From NCBI GenBank assembly GCA_965237905.1, contig OZ250172.1, positions 352,001 through 416,000 of the forward strand: DNA of 64,000 nt, given 5' to 3'. The notes under the pieces are model-generated. The model had not been told where the DNA came from and ran no database searches. It was given only the letters and a program-made list of their open reading frames with translations. Positions 41,327 through 50,015 of the stretch are shown in pieces. Position 1 is the first letter of the stretch. Every line of letters begins with the position of its first letter. This DNA is from Nitrospinaceae bacterium. Lineage in GTDB: Bacteria; Nitrospinota; Nitrospinia; Nitrospinales; Nitrospinaceae. A program made the translations under genes and the position numbers.

Positions 41327-41407
41327 TAAAAAGCTCCTCATTATTTGACTGACTTAGGCCTCAATCCCTAATCGTGTTATGGTTTTTATCAATATTTCTC
41401 AAACATT

Positions 41408-41980
41408 TCAATCAATTTTTTCATATACCGGTGCATTTTTCCGTTTCAGCCGCTTCAGCCGCTCGACCTGCTTTTTAGCCCGTATGATTTGCATGTGAGC
41501 CTTGGTATCAATGCCCAGGACCACAAAATAACCGATGGCGGCCAGAACCACCCCCACAATCAGCCCTCCCACCCACAGGGAGACAAAAACATCCCGAAAG
41601 CCTTCCCACAGCGGGGTAAAAGCCGATAATCCCGACGTCCATACAGTTTCCCATTGAAAACCCTCCAAGAGCCCGTCCAACCTGGACCGATCAAAGGGAC
41701 GATCCAGAATGACAGCCCCCAAATAATAGGTCCCCAGAAAAATGAAGGGAGCCGTTAGGGCATTGGTTAACTGGGCGGCTATAACCGCGCAAAGTTTACT
41801 GCATCTTAAAAAAGCGGCCAAAAAGAGAGCGATGAAAGTTTGAACCCCAAAGGTGGGAGTGGTGCTGATGAACAATCCAATGGCCACACCCCGGGCGAGA
41901 CTCTCCGGAGTGGCCTGTAATCGGATAAACCGATAATAAAAATATCTGCAGGCGCGCTTGATGGATTCCATAAATTTCAT
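41408..41980 (-). CDS. DUF2062 family membrane protein
   Basis: 'TPESLARGVAIGLF...PTFGVQT', 'TNALTAPFIF...YYLG'. Confidence 0.85.
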   Translation of the reverse strand: MKFMESIKRACRYFYYRFIRLQATPESLARGVAIGLFISTTPTFGVQTFIALFLAAFLRCSKLCAVIAAQLTNALTAPFIFLGTYYLGAVILDRPFDRSRLDGLLEGFQWETVWTSGLSAFTPLWEGFRDVFVSLWVGGLIVGVVLAAIGYFVVLGIDTKAHMQIIRAKKQVERLKRLKRKNAPVYEKID

Positions 41981-42047
41981 TTTTATAGTATTACTAACGG
42001 GGCAATGACTTTAAATATAATTATAACCCAAACCTTCTCATAAACTT

Positions 42048-42824
42048 ATGCCTTATTCTCCGAAAGATCAGAAATGGATTCAGAGCCAACTGCAAGCTGA
42101 ACATATCGGGCGGGAAGTCATAACCTGTAATTCCGTCGGCTCCACCAACGACATCGTGAAACGTCTGGCCAGGGAAGGCACGGTTGTTTTAGCTGATCAC
42201 CAGACCCAGGGTAAAGGGCGCTCGGGCAGAACCTGGTACTCAGAGAAAAATGTCGGGGTTTATCTTTCCACCTTTCTGAAACCCTCCCTGCCTCCGGAAC
42301 AGATGGCCCAAGTCACTCTGGTCGCGGGCGTGGCTCTGGTTCAGGCCGTCAACGAATTCAGCCAGGTCCGGGCTTATTTAAAATGGCCGAACGATATTCT
42401 TCTCAATGGGAAAAAAGTCGCTGGTATCCTTACCGAAAATTACCAGGAAAACACACATTCAGGAGTTATTCTCGGCATTGGGATCAACGTCAATCATGCC
42501 CGCTTCCCGGTCCCTCTTCAGCCCATTGCCACCTCAATGGCTATGGAGAACGGTGAAATTTTTGAAAGGCTTCCTCTGATCACCTTTCTTCTGAATCACC
42601 TGGACCAAGAATACCGGTCCTTCCTCAATGAAGGCCTCTCAGCCACTGTCGATCAGTGGAATCAAAACAGTGACATGTTTGGGAGGCACATTTCCCTGAC
42701 CCAGGGAACTCAGACATTTTTCGGAACCGCAATGAAGCTGGATGAGGAGGGGCATTTGGTGATATTGATGGACAACGGTGAAGAAATCGCGTTTGACTCA
42801 GGAGAAGTCACCTTGATGGAATGA
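42048..42824 (+). CDS. birA: biotin--acetyl-CoA-carboxylase ligase (no N-terminal HTH)
   Basis: 'STND', 'QTQGKGRSGRTW', 'KWPND', 'KVAGIL', 'GIGINV'. Confidence 0.95.
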   Translation: MPYSPKDQKWIQSQLQAEHIGREVITCNSVGSTNDIVKRLAREGTVVLADHQTQGKGRSGRTWYSEKNVGVYLSTFLKPSLPPEQMAQVTLVAGVALVQAVNEFSQVRAYLKWPNDILLNGKKVAGILTENYQENTHSGVILGIGINVNHARFPVPLQPIATSMAMENGEIFERLPLITFLLNHLDQEYRSFLNEGLSATVDQWNQNSDMFGRHISLTQGTQTFFGTAMKLDEEGHLVILMDNGEEIAFDSGEVTLME

Positions 42825-43043
42825 ATGCCTGCCTTGGAATCTGGGCCGTCTCTCCGCCCTTCCCCACACCCTCAAACTCCGGAAAGCACCTTCCCATTCC
42901 CTCACCAAATATACTGAAAAACAGGCCTTTAGAGGACTTCTCAGCACTTCAGGGGGACTCCTCTGAAGCGGTCTGCTAAAATCAAACTTCCCTGAAAGAG
43001 AAACAGGCACCTAGTGTAAACGAGGCTTTTTAGAAAACCCGAC

Positions 43044-43808
43044 ATGCTTGAAATCGGTATCACTTTACTCATTCTTTTATTTTTCATCTTTCCCATTCCC
43101 GGCTTGGCGGCGTGTCTGGGAGCCTGGACTTGTTACCTCATCTACAGCAAACTGCTTTTATTAAACCGCCAGCCACCTCAATGGAAAAAAATCGTCTGGA
43201 TACATTTCTTGACCGGGGCCGCCGATACGATTTTAAGTTTCGCGATGGCGTTTATGTTGGCGCTCATTGTTTATTTTTTAATTTTCGACGGCTTGCGCCT
43301 TTTTATATTTAATCTCATCTTTTGCTTTCTGATTTCTTTTCGATGGTTTGATTTCACCCATGTCATCTACCGCCGCCTGGTACTAAAATTACAGTCGCTC
43401 TCCCTACCCGCCCCGAAAAATTCCGTCTTTTGCATGTTACTTGGACAGCGTTCCGGCACCGGACTGGGAATCGGCATGAAAGCCGCTTTGCTCGACTCGG
43501 GCTATACCTATTGGCACGGGCATCAACTGGTATTTGACGGGATCATAGCCCGCAAAGTATTTTCCCGAAAAACCGTTTTAACCGTTGAAAAGATCAGTTC
43601 CGAAAAAATCAAAATCGTCCCGGCCCGGCAAAATTCAAACGAAGAAACGGAAGCGTGGACTATTATTATCCGGCAACAATTTTATCCTTTTAAAAACCGG
43701 GAATTGCGCGACCAGTGGTTTCAGCGATTGTCAGGCGTTCAGGATTCCGATACCCAAGGATTTCAGGTGGATGACGATCTGGAGTCCGCCCGGATTCCCT
43801 CCGCTTGA
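43044..43808 (+). CDS. hypothetical membrane protein
   Basis: Several N-terminal TM helices plus a soluble C-terminal domain. Confidence 0.7.
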   Translation: MLEIGITLLILLFFIFPIPGLAACLGAWTCYLIYSKLLLLNRQPPQWKKIVWIHFLTGAADTILSFAMAFMLALIVYFLIFDGLRLFIFNLIFCFLISFRWFDFTHVIYRRLVLKLQSLSLPAPKNSVFCMLLGQRSGTGLGIGMKAALLDSGYTYWHGHQLVFDGIIARKVFSRKTVLTVEKISSEKIKIVPARQNSNEETEAWTIIIRQQFYPFKNRELRDQWFQRLSGVQDSDTQGFQVDDDLESARIPSA

Positions 43809-43875
43809 ATACCCCTCCGCCAAGTTATAGAATAAAGCCCTAAACGAATTCAGGCCGAATCCCCATAGGAAAATC

Positions 43876-44823
43876 ATGAAGGTTTCCATAGAAAAAGATT
43901 ATTACAAAATCCTTGGGGTCAAAAAGAGCGCCAAAACCAAGGATATCAAAAAACGGTATCGCGAACTGGCCCGCAAACACCATCCCGATACCAATCAGGG
44001 CAGTAAAAAAGCTGAAGAAGCGTTCAAGCGAATTTCCGAAGCTTACGAGGTTTTGGGTACCGCCAAAAACCGGAAAGAATACGACAAATTAAGGGCCAAT
44101 GGACGCAGACACCAATCGAGCCGTTCCCCCGGAGGCCGAAACGAGGGCTACACCGATCCTTTTGATTTCGGACGGCAATACACCCGGCAAGGTCCCAGAG
44201 AAGGTCAGCAAGACCCGTTCAGCCAGCCTCCTTTTGCCGACGAAACAGTCATGGACCCGGACATGCCTAGCCGCGGATTCGACCTCCAGTTTATGGTCAA
44301 TGTCCCCTTTGTCGTGGCCGCTCTTGGGGGGCAAATCCCCTATACCTACGATAAACACGTGACCTGTCCGGAATGTAGAGGTTCGGGACTCAATGATTAC
44401 GAGGACCCGTGCGCCGTGTGCCAGGGCAAACAACGTGTCGTCGAGACCGTGACCCTGGACATAGACATCCCCTCCGGCGTGGCCGATCAATATACTCTGA
44501 AGTTCCCCAGACAGGGCGGCGCCGGACGCAATGGAGGTCCGCTGGGGGACTTGATGGCCAAGGTTTGTATCGAAAAGCACCCGCATTTCAAAAAAGTCAA
44601 GACGGATGTCCACTCGGTCGTCACCATTTCACCGGAATTGGCCGAAAAGGGAGGCCCTCTGAAAATTCAAATGCTGGATTCCACCACGACCATTCATGTT
44701 GAGGAGGGTACCCTGACCGGCGAAGAATTCCGTATTCCCGGTGAGGGGGCCACGCAACCCTGGGGTAAAAAACGCGGCGACTTTGTGGTCAAATTCCAAA
44801 TTGATGAAAATTCAGGAAAATAA
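43876..44823 (+). CDS. DnaJ-family chaperone (J domain, shortened Zn finger, DnaJ-C)
   Basis: 'DYYKILGV', 'HPD', only two CxxCxG repeats, 'G.G...GDL', C-terminal 'GDF'. Confidence 0.9.
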   Translation: MKVSIEKDYYKILGVKKSAKTKDIKKRYRELARKHHPDTNQGSKKAEEAFKRISEAYEVLGTAKNRKEYDKLRANGRRHQSSRSPGGRNEGYTDPFDFGRQYTRQGPREGQQDPFSQPPFADETVMDPDMPSRGFDLQFMVNVPFVVAALGGQIPYTYDKHVTCPECRGSGLNDYEDPCAVCQGKQRVVETVTLDIDIPSGVADQYTLKFPRQGGAGRNGGPLGDLMAKVCIEKHPHFKKVKTDVHSVVTISPELAEKGGPLKIQMLDSTTTIHVEEGTLTGEEFRIPGEGATQPWGKKRGDFVVKFQIDENSGK

Positions 44824-44896
44824 AGAAAGCGTCGGTTGGTAACTGCCGGAAAAGGGTTCTATCGAAAGGATGGAACCGCTTGGTTGGAGGGGTAGA

Positions 44897-45637
44897 TTAT
44901 GCCGCAGGAGCCGGTTCTTCGGATTTGGATTCCGCCGGTGGTGCTTCTTCTTTCTTGGCTTCTGCTGGAGGGGCTTCTGCTTTCTTGGCTTCTTCCGCTT
45001 CTTCCTTTTTGGGCGCCACGTCCCGCACCAGTCGGATCGAGGCCCAAAGCTCCGACGGGGGATACTTGAAATCACTGCCGATTTTGAAATCGAACCGGAT
45101 CACTTCTTCTTCCGTACACTCGCTGATCCAGGTATTGCTGACGCATCCTTCAGTAAAAATGGGATCAAACGGAAACAGGGTCCCGTTTTTATCAATCACC
45201 GTTTCCTTCCTGCCCTTTTCCACCAATGTCATGCAATCTGCTTTGTTGGGAATGCGCCAGTCCGTATAGCCCGCAAATTTTTCCTTATTGAACTTTTCGA
45301 CATACTCGGGCTGTTCCTGCCAGGTATAAAACTTGTGCATATCCAGCCAGGCATCGGTTTGCTTCCACATCAATCCGGAATTGGGGTCGGTAATGGTACC
45401 GTCCTGATTATCGATCAGCGGTTTTTTCTCGACCTTGGGTTTGGCTGCCGGCTTGGGAGCTGCTTTCGGGGCCGGCTTGGCGTCGGCATCAGGCTTGGCA
45501 TCCTCAGCAGGCTTGGCATCCTCAGCAGGCTTGGCCTCGGCAACCGGTTTCGCGTCTTCGGCAGGCTTGGCATCCTCTGCCGGGGGTGCGCCTTCGGCGG
45601 ATGGGACAGTTTCTTTATTGGGAGGCGTTTCAGACAT
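44897..45637 (-). CDS. DUF1566 (Lcl C-terminal-like) protein with low-complexity termini
   Basis: 'DNQDGTITDPNSGLMW', 'FAGYTDWRIP', 'IRLVR'. Confidence 0.85.
   Translation of the reverse strand: MSETPPNKETVPSAEGAPPAEDAKPAEDAKPVAEAKPAEDAKPAEDAKPDADAKPAPKAAPKPAAKPKVEKKPLIDNQDGTITDPNSGLMWKQTDAWLDMHKFYTWQEQPEYVEKFNKEKFAGYTDWRIPNKADCMTLVEKGRKETVIDKNGTLFPFDPIFTEGCVSNTWISECTEEEVIRFDFKIGSDFKYPPSELWASIRLVRDVAPKKEEAEEAKKAEAPPAEAKKEEAPPAESKSEEPAPAA
45471..45581 (-). repeat. coding 18-bp tandem repeat (PAEDAK-type, about 6 degenerate units)
   Basis: AGGCTTGGCATCCTCAGC is exact at 45491-45508 and 45509-45526, with degenerate flanking copies. Confidence 0.85.
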
Positions 45638-45670
45638 TGCTAATCAATCAAAGTTCGGTTCGATTCAAAA

Positions 45671-45949
45671 TTACTTTTCAACAAAGGCCGGAGCTGTATT
45701 CAGGATATCGTTCAAATCCTTGTCAGACTCATTGAGCCCTTTCAGGATTTCGCTCAACTCTCCGGTGGAATGGGCTTCCAGTTGTTGCTTGTAATGATTG
45801 CGGTAGCCACAGGCATTATTCTTCACCCATTCCAAAACGGATTGCTCGCACGCTTCAGAACGTTCCGCCGTCCACCCTTTCTTATTAAGAAACCGGGTTT
45901 GGGACTTGCGGATAATCTCGCAAATCAGATCACTTTTTATTTGAGTCAT
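45671..45949 (-). CDS. hypothetical protein
   Basis: ATG at 45949 (the track uses TTG at 45991); strong upstream promoter. Confidence 0.65.
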   Translation of the reverse strand: MTQIKSDLICEIIRKSQTRFLNKKGWTAERSEACEQSVLEWVKNNACGYRNHYKQQLEAHSTGELSEILKGLNESDKDLNDILNTAPAFVEK

Positions 45950-46007
45950 GGTCCATCCTGTCAATGATCCACCCTGGACCAAAGGCTCCAATCCTTAAGG
46001 AATCGGT

Positions 46008-46036
46008 ACTTTAAATCGACTGTTTCGTATTGTCAA
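46008..46036 (-). promoter_or_regulatory. sigma70-type promoter
   Basis: TTGACA-N17-TAAAGT on the minus strand. Confidence 0.65.
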
Positions 46037-46199
46037 CCCGAAACAAAGGGTGTTCATTCTTCAAATTTTAAAATCAAACCGGCTCGCGGCTCACGCTTAT
46101 GCACCGTGTGCACACTTATAGTTTAGCGCTATCCCACTCCTAAAAAAAACCTAAAAATGATTCCGGATGATATCCTTTAAGCCATTAAAATTATTAACC

Positions 46200-47018
46200 T
46201 TACCCATTCATTTTTCGCGGGTCCAACCAATCTCTCAGGCCTTCTCCCAGGAAATTGAACGATAAAATGGTCAGGAAGATCGCCAGCGATGGAAACAAGA
46301 TCAGATGGGGATAGAACTTGATCGCCGTCCAGCCGTCATTTGCCAGCGTGCCCCAACTGCTGGACGGCGGCGCGATCCCCAAGCCGATAAAACTGAGAGT
46401 CGATTCCGCCAGAATCGCCACGGGAATGCGAAAGGTGAGAGTCACAATCAAGACTCCCAAAATATTGGGAAGGATTTCATGAAACACGATGCGACTATGA
46501 CTGGCACCGATGGCCCGAGCTGCTTCGATATACGCAAACTCTTTAATCCGGAGCACCTCGCCCCGCACCAACCGTGCCACGGTCACCCAACTCACCAGAG
46601 TGAGTGCTATAAAAATCCCCAGGAGTCCCCGCCCCAACACCACCATGATCAGGATGATCATCAGCAGATCCGGCAATGCAAAAACCACATCGACGAGGCG
46701 CATCATAACGTTATCGGTTTTGCCGCCAACGTATCCGGACACCGCTCCGTAGACCGTCCCAATCACCAGCGCCACCAGCGTAGTGAATACCCCGATAAAC
46801 AGCGACACCTGCGCCCCGTAAACCATCCGGGAAAACACATCGCGCCCCAGCCGGTCTGTACCCATCCAATGAGAGCCATCGGGCACGGCGAGGGTTTTCA
46901 GAGTATCTTGCGCCTCATGAGAATAGGGCGCCACCCACGGGGCGAACAGGGCGCACAGGATCAATCCCAATAAAAAGACCGCGCTCAATTTTGAGGGCAA
47001 CGACATTTTAGTGAACAT
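46200..47018 (-). CDS. peptide/nickel ABC permease (OppC/DppC-like)
   Basis: 'HWMGTDRLGRD', EAA loop 'YIEAARAIGAS', 'LSFIGLG', 'GEGLRD.LDP'. Confidence 0.92.
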   Translation of the reverse strand: MFTKMSLPSKLSAVFLLGLILCALFAPWVAPYSHEAQDTLKTLAVPDGSHWMGTDRLGRDVFSRMVYGAQVSLFIGVFTTLVALVIGTVYGAVSGYVGGKTDNVMMRLVDVVFALPDLLMIILIMVVLGRGLLGIFIALTLVSWVTVARLVRGEVLRIKEFAYIEAARAIGASHSRIVFHEILPNILGVLIVTLTFRIPVAILAESTLSFIGLGIAPPSSSWGTLANDGWTAIKFYPHLILFPSLAIFLTILSFNFLGEGLRDWLDPRKMNG

Positions 47019-47021
47019 CGC

Positions 47022-47960
47022 TCAACCCTTAATCCCGGTGAGGGAAATCCGTGGGTCCAGTTTCATATAGATCAGGTCCACCGCTATGTTGGCCAGTACG
47101 ATCAACACGGCGTACACCAGCGTCACTCCCATGATCAATGGATAATCGCGATTGGTGACGGCGGTGATGAAAAAATTCCCCATGCCCGGCACGGAAAAAA
47201 TAAACTCAATCACAAACGAACCCGTCACCAGCCCCGCCGTCAACGGACCCATCACCGAAACAATCGGCGTGATCGAATTGCTGAGAGCGTGCTTGAGCAA
47301 CACCTTCGTTTCACTCAACCCCTTGGCCCGGGCGGTGCGGATATAATCAGCCCCCAATACTTCGATCACCGTCGAGCGGGTGAGCCGCGCAATATACCCG
47401 GCGAATCCGGCGCCCAGCGCGAACGCGGGCATAATTACGTGCCTCGGACCCTCCCACAACGCCGGTGGCAGTAGATGCCACTGATGCGAAAATAACAGGA
47501 TCAATAACGCCCCCAACACGAAACTGGGCAGGGAAATCCCCAGCGTGGCGGCGAAGATGCAACTGTGGTCGATCCACGAATTCTGCCGCGCGGCAGACAG
47601 CACCCCCGCCGGCACTCCCAGCCCAAGGGTGATCAACACCGCGCACAGTCCCAGCGTGAGTGACACGGGAAACGCGTCCATAATGATGTCGGACACGTCC
47701 CTCCCGACATACTTGTACGAGGGCCCCATATCCCCCTGCAGAATTTGTTTCATGTACAGCAGGTACTGTTGCCAGACCGGCTTGTCGAGATGATACTTGG
47801 CTTCGATGTTGGCGATGATTTCGGGAGGGAGTTTTTTCTCCTGGTCGAACGGCCCGCCGGGCACCAGGTGCATGATGCCAAAGGTCAGCGTGGCGACGGT
47901 CAGGAGGACCGGTATGCCGTGCATCAGACGTTTGAAAAAATACATCCACATGGCGCACAT
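47022..47960 (-). CDS. peptide/nickel ABC permease (OppB/DppB-like)
   Basis: 'PGGPF', 'DYIRTARAKGL', 'RDYP', 'LDPRI'. Start at 47960 or 47951, after GAGGAGGAG. Confidence 0.92.
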   Translation of the reverse strand: MCAMWMYFFKRLMHGIPVLLTVATLTFGIMHLVPGGPFDQEKKLPPEIIANIEAKYHLDKPVWQQYLLYMKQILQGDMGPSYKYVGRDVSDIIMDAFPVSLTLGLCAVLITLGLGVPAGVLSAARQNSWIDHSCIFAATLGISLPSFVLGALLILLFSHQWHLLPPALWEGPRHVIMPAFALGAGFAGYIARLTRSTVIEVLGADYIRTARAKGLSETKVLLKHALSNSITPIVSVMGPLTAGLVTGSFVIEFIFSVPGMGNFFITAVTNRDYPLIMGVTLVYAVLIVLANIAVDLIYMKLDPRISLTGIKG

Positions 47961-48163
47961 CCTAGCACACTCCTCCTCGGAGGGCTCCTGCCCGGAGGGG
48001 GAGATTGCTGGGGCGTTAGGGCGCGATTGAAGCGTTACTTTCGCCAATCAAGGTTTTTAATTGACCTGCGGAGGTACTCCGCTAAAAAAAATGAGTCCCG
48101 CGTCACGCGGGTGGGATATAATGATTCGTTTCGCTCCATTTTACCGCTGGAAAACGATATCCC

Positions 48164-49987
48164 ATGACTTACGAATCGCTCAAAGAATTTATAACGCGGC
48201 TGGAATCCGAAGGGGAACTGGTTCGCATCACCGAGCCGGTTTCTCCCATTCTGGAAATCGCCGAGATCACCGACCGTGTGTCCAAAAGTCCGGACGGCGG
48301 CAAGGCCCTGTTGTTTGAAAATGTCGAAGGGTCCGCCATGCCGGTGCTGATCAACGCGTTCGGCAGTTGGCGGCGCATCAAAATGGCTCTGGGCGTCTCA
48401 AGTCTGGAAAACATCGCGCAGGAGATTGAACGTTATCTTAAAATCGCCCCGCCTGCCACGTTGATGGACAAGGCCAAACTCATTCCCATGCTTCTGCAAG
48501 CCTCGAGTTTTCCGCCGAAAGCCGTCTCCGCCGGACGAGCCTCCTGCCAGGAAGTGGTCATGACCGGCGATGCCGTGGACCTCGACCGCATCCCGATTCT
48601 CCAGTGCTGGCCGGACGATGCCGGACGCTTCATCACCTACCCCATCGTCATCAATCGCAGTCTGGACCAGACGATCCGCAACGTCGGCCTGTACCGCATG
48701 CAGGTGTTCGACAAACAGACCACTGCCATGCACTGGCACATTCATAAAGATGGCGCTCACTTTTTTCACGAATACCAGAAAGCCAACAAACGGATGGAAG
48801 TCGCGGTGGCGATCGGGGCCGATCCCGCAACCTGCTACGCGGCGTCCGCTCCTCTACCCTACGGCATCGATGAGTTTCTGCTGGCAGGATTCATCCGAAA
48901 AAAACCGGTGCCGCTGGTGAAATGCAAAACCGTCGATCTCGAAGTCCCGGCGCATGCCGAAATCGTGCTGGAAGGATACATCGATCCCGCCGAGATGCGC
49001 CTCGAAGGACCGTTCGGCGACCACACCGGCTATTATTCGCAGGATGGCGACTACCCCGTGTTTCACATCACCGCTATCACGCATCGCAAAAATCCCGTTT
49101 ACCTGACCACCATCGTCGGCATTCCACCACAGGAAGACTTTTATCTCGGTAAGGCAACCGAACGCATTTTCCTGCCGCTGTTGCGCACTCAACTGCCGGA
49201 AATAGTGGATATGAACATGCCGCTGGAAGGCGTGTTTCACAATTGCGTGATCATTTCTCTGGAAAAGCGTTACCCGATGCAGGCCCGGCGCATCATGACC
49301 ACCCTGTGGGGCATGGGACAGATGAGCTTCGTCAAAACCATCATTGCGGTGGACGCCGACGTGGACGTCCAGAACGAAGCGGACGTCTTAAAACTCCTGC
49401 TTAATGAAGTTGACCTGGAACAGGATCTGTTTTTCTCCGAAGGCATTCTCGATGTATTGAACCATGCCTCCGACCAGGCGCTGTACGGGTCCAAGCTCGG
49501 CATCGACGCCACCCGAAAAATTGACGGCGAACCGCCCCGCAACATTGTGCCGAACGAAACTCAACCTCCCGATTCCGGGATCACGGAACGGATCAAAGAA
49601 AAGTTTCCAGAAGCGCATAACAGCCGCGTGATCAATGTAGCTCAGCGACGACCGATTCTTTTGGTCGCTCTCAATAAAACCGGACCCGGACAGGGCACTA
49701 AATTTATCCAAAACTTTTTTGAAGACAACGCACTGCAATCGGTCGGTGTGCTTCTGGTGCTGGAAGCGCATGTGGACCTCGACAACACCTCCCAGGTGCT
49801 CTGGAAACTATTCAACAATCTCGATCCCAAACGGGATATCCAAATTGCAGACCAACGCATCGGTATCGACGTCACCCGCAAACTGCCCGAAGAAGGTTAC
49901 CAGCAAAGCTGGCCGGATGAGATCGTCATGTCAGAAGAGATCACCCAAAAGGTCGATCAAAAGTGGAATCAACTATTTAATGTATAA
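48164..49987 (+). CDS. UbiD-family decarboxylase, menaquinone (futalosine pathway, MqnL-like) type with duplicated C-terminal domain
   Basis: 'NVGLYRMQ', 'HWHIHKDG', '[11 protein letters not shown]', two 'GID.TRK' repeats. Confidence 0.85.
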   Translation: MTYESLKEFITRLESEGELVRITEPVSPILEIAEITDRVSKSPDGGKALLFENVEGSAMPVLINAFGSWRRIKMALGVSSLENIAQEIERYLKIAPPATLMDKAKLIPMLLQASSFPPKAVSAGRASCQEVVMTGDAVDLDRIPILQCWPDDAGRFITYPIVINRSLDQTIRNVGLYRMQVFDKQTTAMHWHIHKDGAHFFHEYQKANKRMEVAVAIGADPATCYAASAPLPYGIDEFLLAGFIRKKPVPLVKCKTVDLEVPAHAEIVLEGYIDPAEMRLEGPFGDHTGYYSQDGDYPVFHITAITHRKNPVYLTTIVGIPPQEDFYLGKATERIFLPLLRTQLPEIVDMNMPLEGVFHNCVIISLEKRYPMQARRIMTTLWGMGQMSFVKTIIAVDADVDVQNEADVLKLLLNEVDLEQDLFFSEGILDVLNHASDQALYGSKLGIDATRKIDGEPPRNIVPNETQPPDSGITERIKEKFPEAHNSRVINVAQRRPILLVALNKTGPGQGTKFIQNFFEDNALQSVGVLLVLEAHVDLDNTSQVLWKLFNNLDPKRDIQIADQRIGIDVTRKLPEEGYQQSWPDEIVMSEEITQKVDQKWNQLFNV

Positions 49988-50000
49988 CTTTAAGTTATAC
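49982..50000. promoter_or_regulatory. perfect palindrome (candidate operator) immediately upstream of uvrA
   Basis: GTATAACTT-T-AAGTTATAC, 15 nt before the uvrA ATG. Confidence 0.5.
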
Positions 50001-50015
50001 GCAATAGACCTATAG

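Noticed and set aside
45471..45581. CRISPR array
   Set aside because: The units are contiguous, in-frame coding repeats with no spacers and no cas genes.
44897..45637. Diversity-generating retroelement target (CLec-like DUF1566)
   Set aside because: I saw no reverse transcriptase or template-repeat copy in the window.
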